Made by a program: the position numbers and the translations under genes. From positions 262 to 64,261 of the forward strand of contig JAQXMD010000055.1 of assembly GCA_029012465.1 (NCBI GenBank): a stretch of DNA of 64,000 nt, in the 5' to 3' direction. Origin of the DNA: Oscillospiraceae bacterium (GTDB taxonomy: Bacteria > Bacillota > Clostridia > Oscillospirales > Oscillospiraceae). This document shows positions 1-9,446 of this stretch, piece by piece. Under the pieces are notes generated by a model. It made no database searches and was not told where the DNA came from. It saw nothing but the letters and a program-made list of their open reading frames with translations. The stretch's first letter is position 1; each line of letters opens with the position of its first letter.

Positions 1-461
1 AAACAGCGGTTAAGGTCGACGCCAGCGCTGTGGGAGAGACTGCCGGAGGAGGTGATGTAGGTGGTGGTATGCCGGCCGGGGCCGTTGTGGCTGTAGCCAT
101 CCAGAAGACCGTCCGGGTTCATACAGGGGAGCACATAGACACTCCAGTTGTATGCCTCAATGGTGGAAGTATTGGCACTGAGCTGCTGCATCAGCTGGCC
201 AGCGGCCCAGACAAGGGCACCGCCATCCCGAGCAAAGTTGTCCTCCCAACCGTGAATAGCAAAGCCCAGAACCATGACGTTTTTGCCGGTTCCAAAGCGG
301 TAGGCGGTGAGGTCGCGGCCCTCTCCGGACTGACCGTAGACAATGGATGAAGCGTTGGAGGGAATCGTCAGATCTGACGGCCCATAGGCAAAAGTTACTG
401 CTGCATACAGGTTCAGAAACAGGAGGAGAAAGAATGGTATGGAAATGCATTTCTGTTTCAT
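1..461 (-). CDS. M14-family zinc carboxypeptidase-like secreted protein, N-terminal part (gene runs off the window start)
   Basis: Hand translation of the minus strand from ATG 459-461 (AAAGGAG RBS upstream) stays open to position 1: MKQKCISIPFFLLLFLNLYAAVTFAYG... It has a signal peptide, HGWE (HxxE zinc motif) and a VDLNR motif. Absent from the ORF track because it is edge-truncated. Confidence 0.6.
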   Translation of the reverse strand, partial: MKQKCISIPFFLLLFLNLYAAVTFAYGPSDLTIPSNASSIVYGQSGEGRDLTAYRFGTGKNVMVLGFAIHGWEDNFARDGGALVWAAGQLMQQLSANTSTIEAYNWSVYVLPCMNPDGLLDGYSHNGPGRHTTTYITSSGSLSHSAGVDLNRC

Positions 462-537
462 GGTGAGCGCTCCTTTTATGTAGATTCTTTGGATAGCTAT
501 CTGTACGGAAAAATCTCACAATCTGTTGCAGAAATGC

Positions 538-565
538 AAAAAACCCTGCAGCGGCTGCTGCAGGG
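538..565 (-). terminator. intrinsic terminator after aroE
   Basis: 9-bp stem CCCTGCAGC/GCTGCAGGG 13 nt after the aroE stop, followed on the minus strand by T6. Confidence 0.7.
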
Positions 566-577
566 AAGGATTCGGAG

Positions 578-1441
578 TCACGGCATGGGATCAATGCCGC
601 TGACGGCAAGGAGTTTCTCACCCAACCGGGCGACGGTTTCTTCATCAAAATGGGTGTTCAGGAAGAATTCCAGCGCGTAAATGGCCTGATAGACCAGCAT
701 GCCAATGCCGTTGGCCGCAGGATGGCCGTATTTTTTTGCCTCCTCCATAAAGGGAGTCAGAGCAGGGGCGTAAATGCAGTCCATGGCCAGTGCGCCGGAC
801 TTCAGAGCACCCAGCGGAGGAATGGTTCCGCCCTGCACACCGTGCATTCCCATGGGAGTGGTGTTGATGAGAAGGTCTGTGGCGGGCAGCAGGCTGTCAA
901 GCTCGGTGAGACTGTGGGCGGACATGATTTCGTGACCATGGCACAGGGCCTCCGCCTTGGGGAGGGTGCGGTTTACCACCCGGACCGAGGCTGCCCCGGA
1001 GGCTTCAGCTGTCATGACAATGGATTTGGCTGCCCCCCCGGCACCCAGTACCGTCACATGCTTTCCCGGAAAGTCCCAACCCAGAGATTGAATGGACCGG
1101 CGGAAGCCAATGCCGTCAGTGGAATGGCCCTCCAGCTTCCCGTCAAGAATCCGGACGGAATTGACGCTGCCGCAGGCGGCGGCCTCCTCCGTCATGGAAG
1201 AAAGATAGGGCAGAATGTCCTCCTTGTGGGGCATGGTCAGGTTGAAGCCCCGAATGCCGATGGCCTTTGCGGCGGAGACAAAGTCGCCCACCCTTCCGGC
1301 GGCCACGGGAATGGCCAGATACAGGGCGTCCTCGCCCAGCTCCGAGAGCATGGTGTTTTGCAGAAGGGGAGAGAGGGAATGGGCGATGGGATCGCCGATG
1401 ACTGCCAGCAGACGGCTGCTGTTTTTGTATTCAACCTTCAT
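578..1441 (-). CDS. aroE: shikimate dehydrogenase
   Basis: 287 aa with [11 protein letters not shown] and NLTMPHK motifs; last gene of the aro operon. Confidence 0.9.
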   Translation of the reverse strand: MKVEYKNSSRLLAVIGDPIAHSLSPLLQNTMLSELGEDALYLAIPVAAGRVGDFVSAAKAIGIRGFNLTMPHKEDILPYLSSMTEEAAACGSVNSVRILDGKLEGHSTDGIGFRRSIQSLGWDFPGKHVTVLGAGGAAKSIVMTAEASGAASVRVVNRTLPKAEALCHGHEIMSAHSLTELDSLLPATDLLINTTPMGMHGVQGGTIPPLGALKSGALAMDCIYAPALTPFMEEAKKYGHPAANGIGMLVYQAIYALEFFLNTHFDEETVARLGEKLLAVSGIDPMP

Positions 1442-1874
1442 GCTGGGCCAGCTTTCCCACCAGATAGACCAGTGCAGCGGTGTAACCGTAGAAGCCGAGG
1501 CCGCAAATCTGACCGTCGCAGGCGGCGGCGGTGACAGAGGTGTGACGGAATTCCTCCCGCTTGTGAATGTTGGAGATATGGACCTCCACGGTGGGGAGGT
1601 TCACGGCCTTCAAAGCGTCGAGAATGGCATAGCTGTAATGGGTGTAGGCACCGGGGTTGATGATGATGCCGTCAAACACACCCATGGCGGCGTGGATCCG
1701 GTCGATGATCTCACCCTCGTGGTTGGACTGGAAGCACTCCACCTCCACGCCCATGCCCCGGGCGGCGCTTTCAATCCGGGACACCAGCGCGTCATAGGTG
1801 CCTCCGCCGTAGATCCCCGGCTCGCGGATGCCAAGCAGATTCAGATTGGGGCCGTTGATAACTAAGAATTTCAT
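1431..1874 (-). CDS. aroQ: type II 3-dehydroquinate dehydratase
   Basis: [23 protein letters not shown]...HISNIHKRE. Start moved to the internal ATG at 1874, because the upstream part of the track ORF overlaps aroK. Confidence 0.9.
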   Translation of the reverse strand: MKFLVINGPNLNLLGIREPGIYGGGTYDALVSRIESAARGMGVEVECFQSNHEGEIIDRIHAAMGVFDGIIINPGAYTHYSYAILDALKAVNLPTVEVHISNIHKREEFRHTSVTAAACDGQICGLGFYGYTAALVYLVGKLAQHEG

Positions 1875-1878
1875 AGGC

Positions 1879-2391
1879 TTATGCTCCTTCTGTGAAATCA
1901 GACAATAAAGTATGGAGGATTTCGGAAACCGTGGCCTCCGGGGTGGAAAAGTCCTCCACCACCACATGGGCAAAGGCCCGGTAAATGGCTTCCCGCTGGC
2001 GGAACCGGTCAAGGAAAGCATCCCGGCCCTGCTGGGCAAGAGGCCTGCCGGAGGTGTCCATGGTGTCGTAAATCTCTTCGGGGCTGCGGTTCAGGAAAAA
2101 AACTGTTCCGGTACTCCGAAGGGCAGTGCGGTTTTCCTCCCGAAGGGGCAGACCGCCGCCGGTGGCGATGATGAGCCCCTCTTTCCGGGAAAGCTCAAGG
2201 CAGACCTGGGTTTCCAGATCCCGCATGGCTTCCTCTCCCCGGGCAGCAAACAGCTCCCCGATGGACATGCCGGCCTTTTCCACCACCAGATCGTCGGTGT
2301 CAATGACCGGAAGCTCAAGACGCTGTCCAAGGAGCCTTCCGCAGGTGGACTTGCCGCAGCCCATCATACCGGTTAAGATGATGTTCTTCAT
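1879..2391 (-). CDS. aroK: shikimate kinase
   Basis: 170 aa with P-loop GMMGCGKST. Confidence 0.9.
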   Translation of the reverse strand: MKNIILTGMMGCGKSTCGRLLGQRLELPVIDTDDLVVEKAGMSIGELFAARGEEAMRDLETQVCLELSRKEGLIIATGGGLPLREENRTALRSTGTVFFLNRSPEEIYDTMDTSGRPLAQQGRDAFLDRFRQREAIYRAFAHVVVEDFSTPEATVSEILHTLLSDFTEGA

Positions 2392-3554
2392 GGCTTCTCT
2401 CCCAAGTTGCTTTTGAAGTTGCCAAGTACCCGGATATCCGCGGCGGTTTGCGCCAGCTCATGGAGAACGCCGTCCATTTCAGGGGCCTCCAGAGAGCCGG
2501 TGAATTCCAGGAAGAACATGTACTCCCAGCTGCGGTCGGGAATGGGCCGGGATTCCAGCTTCACCATGTTCAGGCCGTTGACGGCGAAGATGGTCAGAAT
2601 CTCGTGGAGGCAGCCGGATTCGTGGGCGGTGGTCAGGACCGTGGAGATCTTGTCCGCCTGGGGACGAAGCTCCATCTTCGGAGAGACCACCACAAAGCGG
2701 GTGGTATTGATGCTGGAATAGTTGACTCCACGCTTCAGAATCTTCAGACCGTAAATCTCGGCGCTGCGCTCGGAGCAGATGGCGGCCTTGGTGATGTCTC
2801 CGGTTTCGGCCACATACTTGGCGCTGCCGGCGGTATCCGCAAGAGGGGTCTGAATCCAGCTGGGATGCTGATTGAGAAATTGCTCAGACTGGAACAGCCC
2901 CTGTTCATGGCTGTAGACATGGGTGATGGTGTCAAGGGTGGCACCATAGGGCGCCATGAGACAGTGCTCTACCCGGACGGTGGTTTCCCCCACCAGATAG
3001 AATTCATACTGGGCCAGCAGGTCATAGATCTGACGGATGGCTCCGGTATAGGTGTTTTCAATGGGCACAATGCCGTAGTCCGCCCAGCCGTCCCGGATGG
3101 CAAGAAACACGTCCTCAAACTGCTTGAGACCATAGGCCTTTACATCGCTGCCGAAGAAGTTTCGGGCGGCCTGCTCACTGTAGGCACCCGGCTCCCCCTG
3201 ATAGACCACCCGGGGATTTTCCACCGGCTGACGGCGGGCATCGTAGGCAGTGCGGAATCGTCTGTAGTTGGGCTCCTCGCCACCCTCCCGGACAATTTCC
3301 CGCTGCTGACGGCGGGAGATGCCCATGATGGTCTCGTAGAGCAGGGTCACGCCGGTTTTCATCTTTACATCGTCCACAAGGGCGGCTTTTTTCTCCAGCA
3401 CTTCATGCTCTCTGCCGGAGTCCAGAACGGGAATGCCGTTCTTCTGCTTGTATTCGCCCACACGGCGGGTCACATCCATTCGGCGGGAGAACAGATGGAC
3501 AATTTGATTATCGATCTCGTCGATGGCACCCCGCAGGGTATCCAGATTTTCCAT
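2388..3554 (-). CDS. pheA: bifunctional chorismate mutase / prephenate dehydratase
   Basis: N-terminal chorismate mutase helix (AIDEIDNQIVHLFSRRM), prephenate dehydratase domain (VVYQGEPGAYSE, TRF) and C-terminal ACT domain (ESRP). Confidence 0.9.
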   Translation of the reverse strand: MENLDTLRGAIDEIDNQIVHLFSRRMDVTRRVGEYKQKNGIPVLDSGREHEVLEKKAALVDDVKMKTGVTLLYETIMGISRRQQREIVREGGEEPNYRRFRTAYDARRQPVENPRVVYQGEPGAYSEQAARNFFGSDVKAYGLKQFEDVFLAIRDGWADYGIVPIENTYTGAIRQIYDLLAQYEFYLVGETTVRVEHCLMAPYGATLDTITHVYSHEQGLFQSEQFLNQHPSWIQTPLADTAGSAKYVAETGDITKAAICSERSAEIYGLKILKRGVNYSSINTTRFVVVSPKMELRPQADKISTVLTTAHESGCLHEILTIFAVNGLNMVKLESRPIPDRSWEYMFFLEFTGSLEAPEMDGVLHELAQTAADIRVLGNFKSNLGEKP

Positions 3555-3575
3555 GTGATTGCCTTCTTTCCTGTC

Positions 3576-4631
3576 TTATCTGCCAAGAAGCTCCATGGCC
3601 GCAAGGGCTGCGGCGGCCTCCACCACGGGAACGGCCCGGTGTACAATACAGGGGTCATGACGGCCCTGAATCTCCATGGTGGTTTCCGTTTTGCTCTGGA
3701 AATCCACGGTGTTTTGAGGCCGGGCAATGGAGGGGGTGGGCTTGATGGCTGTCCGGAATACAATGGGCATACCAGTGGTGATGCCCCCCAGAATGCCGCC
3801 GTTGTGATTGGTGGAGGTGGCGTAGCCTCCATCCCGAAGAATCCATGGGTCGTTGGCCTGACTGCCCCGCATGGAAGCGAGGCCGAAGCCGCTGCCGAAT
3901 TCCAGACCCTTCAGGGCGGGAATGGCGAACAGCTGGCGGGCAAAGGCAGTTTCCGCATTTCGGTCAAAGTCCGGAGCGCCAAGGCCCATGGGAAGTCCGG
4001 TGACAAAGCACTCAATGACGCCGCCTACGGAATCCTGTTCCGCCCGGCATTGGAGAATCAGTTCCTGCATGGCCGTGCCTGCTTCCTGAGAAAGGGTGGG
4101 GAAGGGGCCAAGACCGCATTGGCGCAGGGCCTCCATATCCGGAGAAACCGGGTCCATGGGAGCATCGGAGATACCGCCCACCGAGGCAATATGGGCGCTC
4201 ACACAGACGCCCTGCTCCTTTAGCCAGAGCTTTGCAATGGCTCCCGCTGCCACCAGAGGGGCAGTGAGACGGCCGGAAAAGTGTCCGCCGCCCCGATAGT
4301 CGCCGCAGCCCTCATAGCGGACAAAGCCGGTGAGGTCCGCGTGACCGGGCCGGGCCAGATACCGGATGGGGGCATAATCCTTTGAATGCTGGTCGCCGTT
4401 GTGGATCATCATGCACAGAGGGGTGCCGGTGGTTTTGCCTTCAAATACGCCGGAGAGATATTCCACCTGATCGGCTTCCTTTCGGGCAGTGGACAGGGCG
4501 TTTTTGCCGGTGGCACGGCGGGAAAGCTCCGAGGCGATAAAATCCGTATCCAGAAGAATGCCGCTGGGCACATCCTGAAGCACAACGCCAATGGCGGGGC
4601 CATGGCTTTCGCCGAAAATCGTATAATTCAT
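3576..4631 (-). CDS. aroC: chorismate synthase
   Basis: MNYTIFGESHGPAIG...GRHDPC. Start at the internal ATG 4631, preceded by GGAGG. Confidence 0.9.
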   Translation of the reverse strand: MNYTIFGESHGPAIGVVLQDVPSGILLDTDFIASELSRRATGKNALSTARKEADQVEYLSGVFEGKTTGTPLCMMIHNGDQHSKDYAPIRYLARPGHADLTGFVRYEGCGDYRGGGHFSGRLTAPLVAAGAIAKLWLKEQGVCVSAHIASVGGISDAPMDPVSPDMEALRQCGLGPFPTLSQEAGTAMQELILQCRAEQDSVGGVIECFVTGLPMGLGAPDFDRNAETAFARQLFAIPALKGLEFGSGFGLASMRGSQANDPWILRDGGYATSTNHNGGILGGITTGMPIVFRTAIKPTPSIARPQNTVDFQSKTETTMEIQGRHDPCIVHRAVPVVEAAAALAAMELLGR

Positions 4632-4650
4632 AGAGAAACCTCCAAAGGGG

Positions 4651-5877
4651 TTAAGGAGTGATGTCGATTTGTCCGCCCAGACGGACATAATCCTCCCAGA
4701 AGGTGGGGTAGGATTTGGAGACACTGTCTGCGCCGGTGATGGTGACGGGCCTTTCGCAGACGGTGGCTGCAATGGCGGCCATCATGGCGATCCGGTGATC
4801 GTTCCAGCTGTCCACGGTGACACCTCCGGAAAGAGAAGCTTTTCCGGTGATGATAAGGCTGTCAGGCAGTTCCTGAATGTCCGCGCCCAGAGCGGACAGA
4901 ACAGCGGTGACGGACCGGAGCCGGTCGCTTTCCTTGAGGCGAAGTCTCCCCGCGTTTTCAATGTAAGTGGTCTGTCCCCTCCGAAGGGCGGCCCAAACTG
5001 CCAGCGGCGGCACCAGATCCGGACACTCGGACACATCCAGATGAACCTCGCCGGGGGCGGAAAGCAGCTTGCCGAAGTCCAGAATCACTCGGTCGCCCTG
5101 ACGGCTGTGGGGGTTCATGCCGGTGACGGTCAGGTCATTTCCCATGCCAGCGGCGGCATAGAAGAAGCCGGACTGGCTGTAGTCTGCTTCCACGGCGGCA
5201 TCGGAGGCTGTATACTGCTGGTCCCCGGGGATGAGATAGCCCTGTCCTGTGGGAACTACAGTGATGCCAAAGTGGGAAAGGGCATCCAGTGTCATATCCA
5301 CATAGCCGGAGGACTGTAGAGGGGTGGTCAGGCGAATTTCACTGTCCCCTGCCAGACGGGGCAGAGCATAGAGCAGGCCTGTGACAAACTGGCTGGATAC
5401 ATCGCCCGGCAGGGCGTAAACGCCGGGGGTGAGACGGCCCTTTACAGTGAGACGGTTGCCCTGCTGCTGATAAGCGATGCCCTTTTCGTCAAAAAGATGG
5501 TAGTAAGGGGTCTGGGGCCGCTCCATCAGCCGTCCGTGGCCATGGAATTCTCCCCCGGCTGCTACGGAAAGGGCAACGGGAATGAGAAACCGCAGGGTGG
5601 AGCCGGATTCTCCGCAGTCCATTACCGGTGTTGCTTCGGGTACGCGGCTGCCAATGCCGGAGATCAGGAGGGTGGTTTCATCCTCCCACTGAAAGACTGC
5701 CCCCAGCTGCTCCATGGAGATCAGGGTGGCGGTGATGTCTTTGGAAACGTTGACTCCGGTGATCCGGCTGGTGCCGGAGGCCAGTGCGGCGGCAATCATC
5801 ACCCGGTGGGCCTGGCTTTTGGAGGCAGGGGGAGTGATGGCACCGGAAAGATGGGTGGGGGTAATGGTCACATTCAT
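4651..5877 (-). CDS. aroA: 3-phosphoshikimate 1-carboxyvinyltransferase (EPSP synthase)
   Basis: 408 aa with the LKESDR motif and typical two-domain length. Confidence 0.9.
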   Translation of the reverse strand: MNVTITPTHLSGAITPPASKSQAHRVMIAAALASGTSRITGVNVSKDITATLISMEQLGAVFQWEDETTLLISGIGSRVPEATPVMDCGESGSTLRFLIPVALSVAAGGEFHGHGRLMERPQTPYYHLFDEKGIAYQQQGNRLTVKGRLTPGVYALPGDVSSQFVTGLLYALPRLAGDSEIRLTTPLQSSGYVDMTLDALSHFGITVVPTGQGYLIPGDQQYTASDAAVEADYSQSGFFYAAAGMGNDLTVTGMNPHSRQGDRVILDFGKLLSAPGEVHLDVSECPDLVPPLAVWAALRRGQTTYIENAGRLRLKESDRLRSVTAVLSALGADIQELPDSLIITGKASLSGGVTVDSWNDHRIAMMAAIAATVCERPVTITGADSVSKSYPTFWEDYVRLGGQIDITP

Positions 5878-5891
5878 GGGTTCACACTCCT

Positions 5892-6953
5892 TTATCCCAG
5901 CATGTTCAGAAGCCGGGACTGCTCCAGAGGAAGGGTTTTGGCCTTGCCGATCTCCTCCAGAACCACCAGATGGATTCGGCTGCCCTGACTCTTTTTGTCC
6001 TTTACCAGAGTGGAGCGGTAGTCCTCAGGGGTGGCAGAGATCTCTGTGGGGAGACCGAATTGCCGCAGCAGGGCGGAAATCTCGTCCTTTGCCTCCGGGG
6101 GCGTAATGCCCAGAGCTGTTCCCAGAGAGGCGGCAACCACCATGCCTGCCGCCACGGCTTCACCGTGGGTATAGGTTTCGTAGTGGTAGGCCTTTTCGTA
6201 TACATGGCCGACGGTATGACCAAAGTTCAGAAGCATCCGGAGACCGGTATCCCGTTCATCCTGCTCCACCACCTGACGCTTGATGTCGCAGCACCGGAGC
6301 AGCACGGATTCAATGTCCTCCATAATGGCCTTCCGGCTGCCAAGGGCGGCAAGATGGTCGAAAAATGCCCGATCCCAAATGCAGCCGTATTTGATGACCT
6401 CGGCCATGCCGTCAGAGAACACCCGGTTGGGGAGGGTATTCAGGCAATCCGGGTCCATGATGACCATTTTGGGCTGGTAAAAGGCTCCGGCCAGATTTTT
6501 GCCGGCCTCCAAATCCACGGCAACCTTTCCGCCCACGGAGGAATCCACCTGAGCGAGAAGGGTGGTGGGAATCTGCACGAAGTCCACGCCCCGGAGAATG
6601 GTAGCGGCCGCAAAGCCCGCAAGGTCTCCCACCACACCGCCGCCCAGGGCAATGACGGCGTCGGTGCGGGTGAGGCCTACATCCATCAGCTGTTCCCAGA
6701 CCTGACAGAGCACCTCAGGACACTTGCTGGTTTCCCCGGCGGGGATCTCCAGAAGAGCCACCTGAAAGCCTGCAAGATGGAGGCTCCGGGCCACCCGGGC
6801 GGCATAGAGAGGCTCCACGTTGCTGTCGGTGACGATGGCTGCCAGCTTTCCCTTCAGAATGGGGCGGAGAAGGGAGCCGGCCTTGTCCAGAATTCCCTTT
6901 TGGCAGACGATGTCATATTCCCGCCCAGGAAGGTTTACACGGAGGGTGCTCAT
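5892..6953 (-). CDS. aroB: 3-dehydroquinate synthase
   Basis: 353 aa with GGGVVGDLAGFAA and FGHTVGH motifs. Confidence 0.9.
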   Translation of the reverse strand: MSTLRVNLPGREYDIVCQKGILDKAGSLLRPILKGKLAAIVTDSNVEPLYAARVARSLHLAGFQVALLEIPAGETSKCPEVLCQVWEQLMDVGLTRTDAVIALGGGVVGDLAGFAAATILRGVDFVQIPTTLLAQVDSSVGGKVAVDLEAGKNLAGAFYQPKMVIMDPDCLNTLPNRVFSDGMAEVIKYGCIWDRAFFDHLAALGSRKAIMEDIESVLLRCCDIKRQVVEQDERDTGLRMLLNFGHTVGHVYEKAYHYETYTHGEAVAAGMVVAASLGTALGITPPEAKDEISALLRQFGLPTEISATPEDYRSTLVKDKKSQGSRIHLVVLEEIGKAKTLPLEQSRLLNMLG

Positions 6954-7963
6954 GCCTGCTTCCCCATGAATTGTGCCAGAGCGACGGTTTTCTCCATAAG
7001 AGTGTCAAACTGGGCGGGGGTCAGGCTCTGCTTGCCGTCGCAGAGGGCATGGGCGGGGTCGTTGTGAACCTCCACAATGATGCCGTCAGCACCGGCGGCT
7101 GTGGCGGCAAGTGTCAGAGGCTCCACCAGCCATGCGGCGCCGCCGGAGTGGCTGGGGTCCACAATGATGGGCAGGTGGGTCATGCGGCGGAGGGAGGGAA
7201 TGGCGGCCACGTCCAGTGTGTTGCGGGTATAGGTCTCAAAGGTGCGGATACCGCGCTCACAGAGAATGACATTCTCGTTGCCCTCGGACATGATGTACTC
7301 TGCGGACATGATCCACTCCTCATAGGTGTTGGCAAGGCCGCGCTTCAGAAGAACGGGCTTGGACATCTTGCCCACCTCCTTCAGCAGGTCGAAATTCTGC
7401 ATGTTTCTGGCGCCGATCTGGACCAGGTCCACGGTGTTCTCGAAAATTTCACAGTAGCGGGGGCTCATGATCTCGGTGACGATGGGAAGGCCTGTTGCCT
7501 TTTTGGCCTTCAGAAGAAGCTCCAGTCCCTGAACGCCCATGCCCTGGAAGGAGTAGGGAGAGGTTCTGGGCTTGAAGGCTCCGCCCCGGAGGAGCTTTGC
7601 GCCGCTTTTCTTCACGTCCTGCGCCACGCCGATGATCTGATCTTCGGTTTCCACAGAGCAGGGACCGGCAATGACGGTGAAGTTGCCGCCGCCGATTTTC
7701 ACACCGGCCACATCCACCACGGTGTCATCGGGATGAAATTTGCGGTTTGCCTTTTTATAGGGTTCCTGAACGCGCATGACACGCTCAACGCCCTCGTGGA
7801 GCATCAGATCATCTGCGTCAAGATTGGTGGTGTCGCCCACCAGACCCAGAATGGAGCAGCCAACACCGTTGGTAATGCCGACCTTCAATCCCTTTACTTC
7901 CAGCTCATGGGCCAGCGCCTCAATACGCTCACGGCCTGTACCGGGCTTCATAATAATAACCAT
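6950..7963 (-). CDS. aroF: 3-deoxy-7-phosphoheptulonate (DAHP) synthase, type I-beta with N-terminal ferredoxin-like domain
   Basis: 337 aa with GPCSVE and KPRTSPYSFQG; first gene of the operon, AAAGGAG RBS. Confidence 0.9.
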   Translation of the reverse strand: MVIIMKPGTGRERIEALAHELEVKGLKVGITNGVGCSILGLVGDTTNLDADDLMLHEGVERVMRVQEPYKKANRKFHPDDTVVDVAGVKIGGGNFTVIAGPCSVETEDQIIGVAQDVKKSGAKLLRGGAFKPRTSPYSFQGMGVQGLELLLKAKKATGLPIVTEIMSPRYCEIFENTVDLVQIGARNMQNFDLLKEVGKMSKPVLLKRGLANTYEEWIMSAEYIMSEGNENVILCERGIRTFETYTRNTLDVAAIPSLRRMTHLPIIVDPSHSGGAAWLVEPLTLAATAAGADGIIVEVHNDPAHALCDGKQSLTPAQFDTLMEKTVALAQFMGKQA

Positions 7964-8052
7964 AAATCATTTCTCCTTTGCTGTAAATACACAAGGAAGC
8001 TCTGAGTAAATCTGCCAGGATCCGCAGACGCATTTATTCAGAGGTTCCATAA

Positions 8053-8093
8053 TAAAAAATGCTCCCGACTGAATCAAACATTCAGCAGGAGCC
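8053..8093 (-). terminator. intrinsic terminator inside the aro operon leader (attenuator)
   Basis: Minus strand GCTCCTGCTGAAT-GTTTG-ATTCAGTCGGGAGC (13 bp, one bulge) followed by TTTTTT. It lies 90 nt upstream of the aroF ATG and downstream of the promoter. Confidence 0.75.
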
Positions 8094-8129
8094 GGACGGT
8101 ATGTTACCCCAATGAAGTTGTGATCCAAT

Positions 8130-8204
8130 CTATATACGACAAATGCCCGCGCCCCCAAAGGCGCAGGTAAAGTAACCGTAAAATCGATTGGCGGAAATAA
8201 TCAT
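8130..8204 (-). CDS. candidate aromatic-rich leader peptide (24 aa, MIISANRFYGYFTCAFGGAGICRI)
   Basis: GAGG-N6-ATG; 5 of codons 8-16 are Phe/Tyr; located between the promoter and the leader terminator of the aro/pheA operon. Too short for the ORF track. Confidence 0.45.
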   Translation of the reverse strand: MIISANRFYGYFTCAFGGAGICRI

Positions 8205-8257
8205 GGGATACCTCACGTTACTTTATTACATCACAGACACAAAGTGATTCTATCTTT

Positions 8258-8285
8258 ATTATACCATATTCCGTGGGAATTACAA
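8258..8285 (-). promoter_or_regulatory. sigma-A-type promoter of the aro operon
   Basis: TTGTAA-16 nt-TATAAT with an extended -10 (TGgTATAAT), read on the minus strand. Confidence 0.6.
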
Positions 8286-8729
8286 GTGCATTCCTTTGGA
8301 AAAATGCGCTTTTTTTCGGGCAACATTCAGCAGAACTGCCAAAAGGACACCACAGGCGAAGCCTCCAAGGTCGATCCACACATCCTGTAGCTGCCCGCTG
8401 CGGCCGGGAACGAACAGCTGAATGGTTTCATCCAGAAAGGCGGCACCAAGGCCAGACAGAGCCAGAAAACTCAGGGGCCGGGACAGGGCCAGCCGGAGAT
8501 AAATCCACAGCTCCGCCCCCAGAATCAGGTATTCGGTGCCGTGGGCAACCTTTCGCAGTGCCCCGTGACCGGTTTCTCCCGCGGCGAGATTCGGGAAAAT
8601 GCTCTGGAGAAAACGCTGAATGGCCTCGCTGAACCGGGAGGACAGGGATGCGGGCATCAGGGAATTTCCCCAGATGAACAGCAGTGTCAGCAAAATCAGA
8701 ACCAATAGCATTTGTTTGCGTTTGCCCAT
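8280..8729 (-). CDS. VanZ-like family membrane protein
   Basis: RKVAHGTEY...DETIQLFVPGRSGQLQDVWIDLGG pattern. ATG at 8729 preceded by GAGGTG; the track start at 8738 is GTG. Confidence 0.7.
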   Translation of the reverse strand: MGKRKQMLLVLILLTLLFIWGNSLMPASLSSRFSEAIQRFLQSIFPNLAAGETGHGALRKVAHGTEYLILGAELWIYLRLALSRPLSFLALSGLGAAFLDETIQLFVPGRSGQLQDVWIDLGGFACGVLLAVLLNVARKKAHFSKGMHL

Positions 8730-8975
8730 GAAAAGCACCTCAAAAGCATTGTAATTATATCATTATATCGTTTCTCACAGGAAAATACTACTGGTAAGTT
8801 ACAGGCATTTATGCCGGTTCCTTTGGTGCTTTTACACAGAATTCATGAATTGCACATATTTTTTGTGACGAAGATTCCCTGAAACTATTGAACTTTCCAG
8901 TACGGTGTGCTAAACTAAATGCTGTACGAAGATAACTTCGCAACGGATAATACTTTTGAAAGGAAGTTCTTTATT

Positions 8976-9356
8976 ATGGCTAAGTACAGAATCCAGAGAG
9001 CCAAGGGCGTTGAGGGCAGCACCGTCTACACCTACACCGCTCCCGGCCACAACGAGTGTGTCCCCACCCGTCTGCATGACATTGAAGGCGGCGGCCCCAA
9101 CGACATCGAGGGCGGCAAGATCATCATGGGTATCACCTATTTCATTCCCGGCGGCGGATGCGATTTCGGCGCAAATCCCCTGGAGTCCATCTACTACATC
9201 CTCGAGGGTGAGATGACCCTGAAGACCGAGACCGAGGAGACCGTTCTCCATGTGGGCGATTCCTTCCACTGCGTCGGCGGCGTTGCCAAGTCCGTCACCA
9301 ACACCGGCACTGAGGTCTGCAAGATGCTCGTTTGCCTGCAGCCCCCCCAGAAGTAA
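8976..9356 (+). CDS. cupin domain protein
   Basis: MAKYRIQRAKG...; beta-barrel-like GxxxYILEGEMTL...GDSFH pattern. Start at the internal ATG 8976 after GAAAGGAAG. Ribosomal-protein-like codon usage. Confidence 0.6.
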   Translation: MAKYRIQRAKGVEGSTVYTYTAPGHNECVPTRLHDIEGGGPNDIEGGKIIMGITYFIPGGGCDFGANPLESIYYILEGEMTLKTETEETVLHVGDSFHCVGGVAKSVTNTGTEVCKMLVCLQPPQK

Positions 9357-9446
9357 TTCCGGTTCGGCTACATCATTTTATCTTTGATTCATCTGCTGCT
9401 TTCATGCGGCTCTGAATATATTCATTTTGAAAAGGAGTAGATTACA

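Noticed and set aside
30-350. 106-aa plus-strand ORF and 157-648 minus-strand ORF at the window start.
   Set aside because: A different minus-strand frame, open from ATG 461 to the window edge, carries a signal peptide and M14 peptidase motifs. The listed ORFs are overlapping alternative-frame artefacts.
2448-4223. 591-aa plus-strand ORF, plus similar long ORFs at 650-1534, 5970-7067 and 6971-8005.
   Set aside because: They lie antisense to well-supported aro genes. Their sequences are Gly/Ala/Arg/His-rich low-complexity translations without an RBS, the typical mirror-frame artefact of GC-rich coding DNA.
7967-8158. 63-aa ORF in the aro leader (MGARAFVVYRLDHNF...).
   Set aside because: It has no RBS, it reads through the terminator hairpin, and its frame and composition are not coding-like.
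7964-8270. T-box riboswitch as the explanation for the aro operon leader.
   Set aside because: The leader has a terminator, but I could not find the conserved T-box sequence (AGGGUGGNACCGCG) or an antiterminator bulge with UGGN. A Stem I with K-turn, specifier loop and distal AG motifs was also absent. The nearest string (UUGGGGUAACAUACCGUCC) matches poorly. A covariance-model search should still be run.
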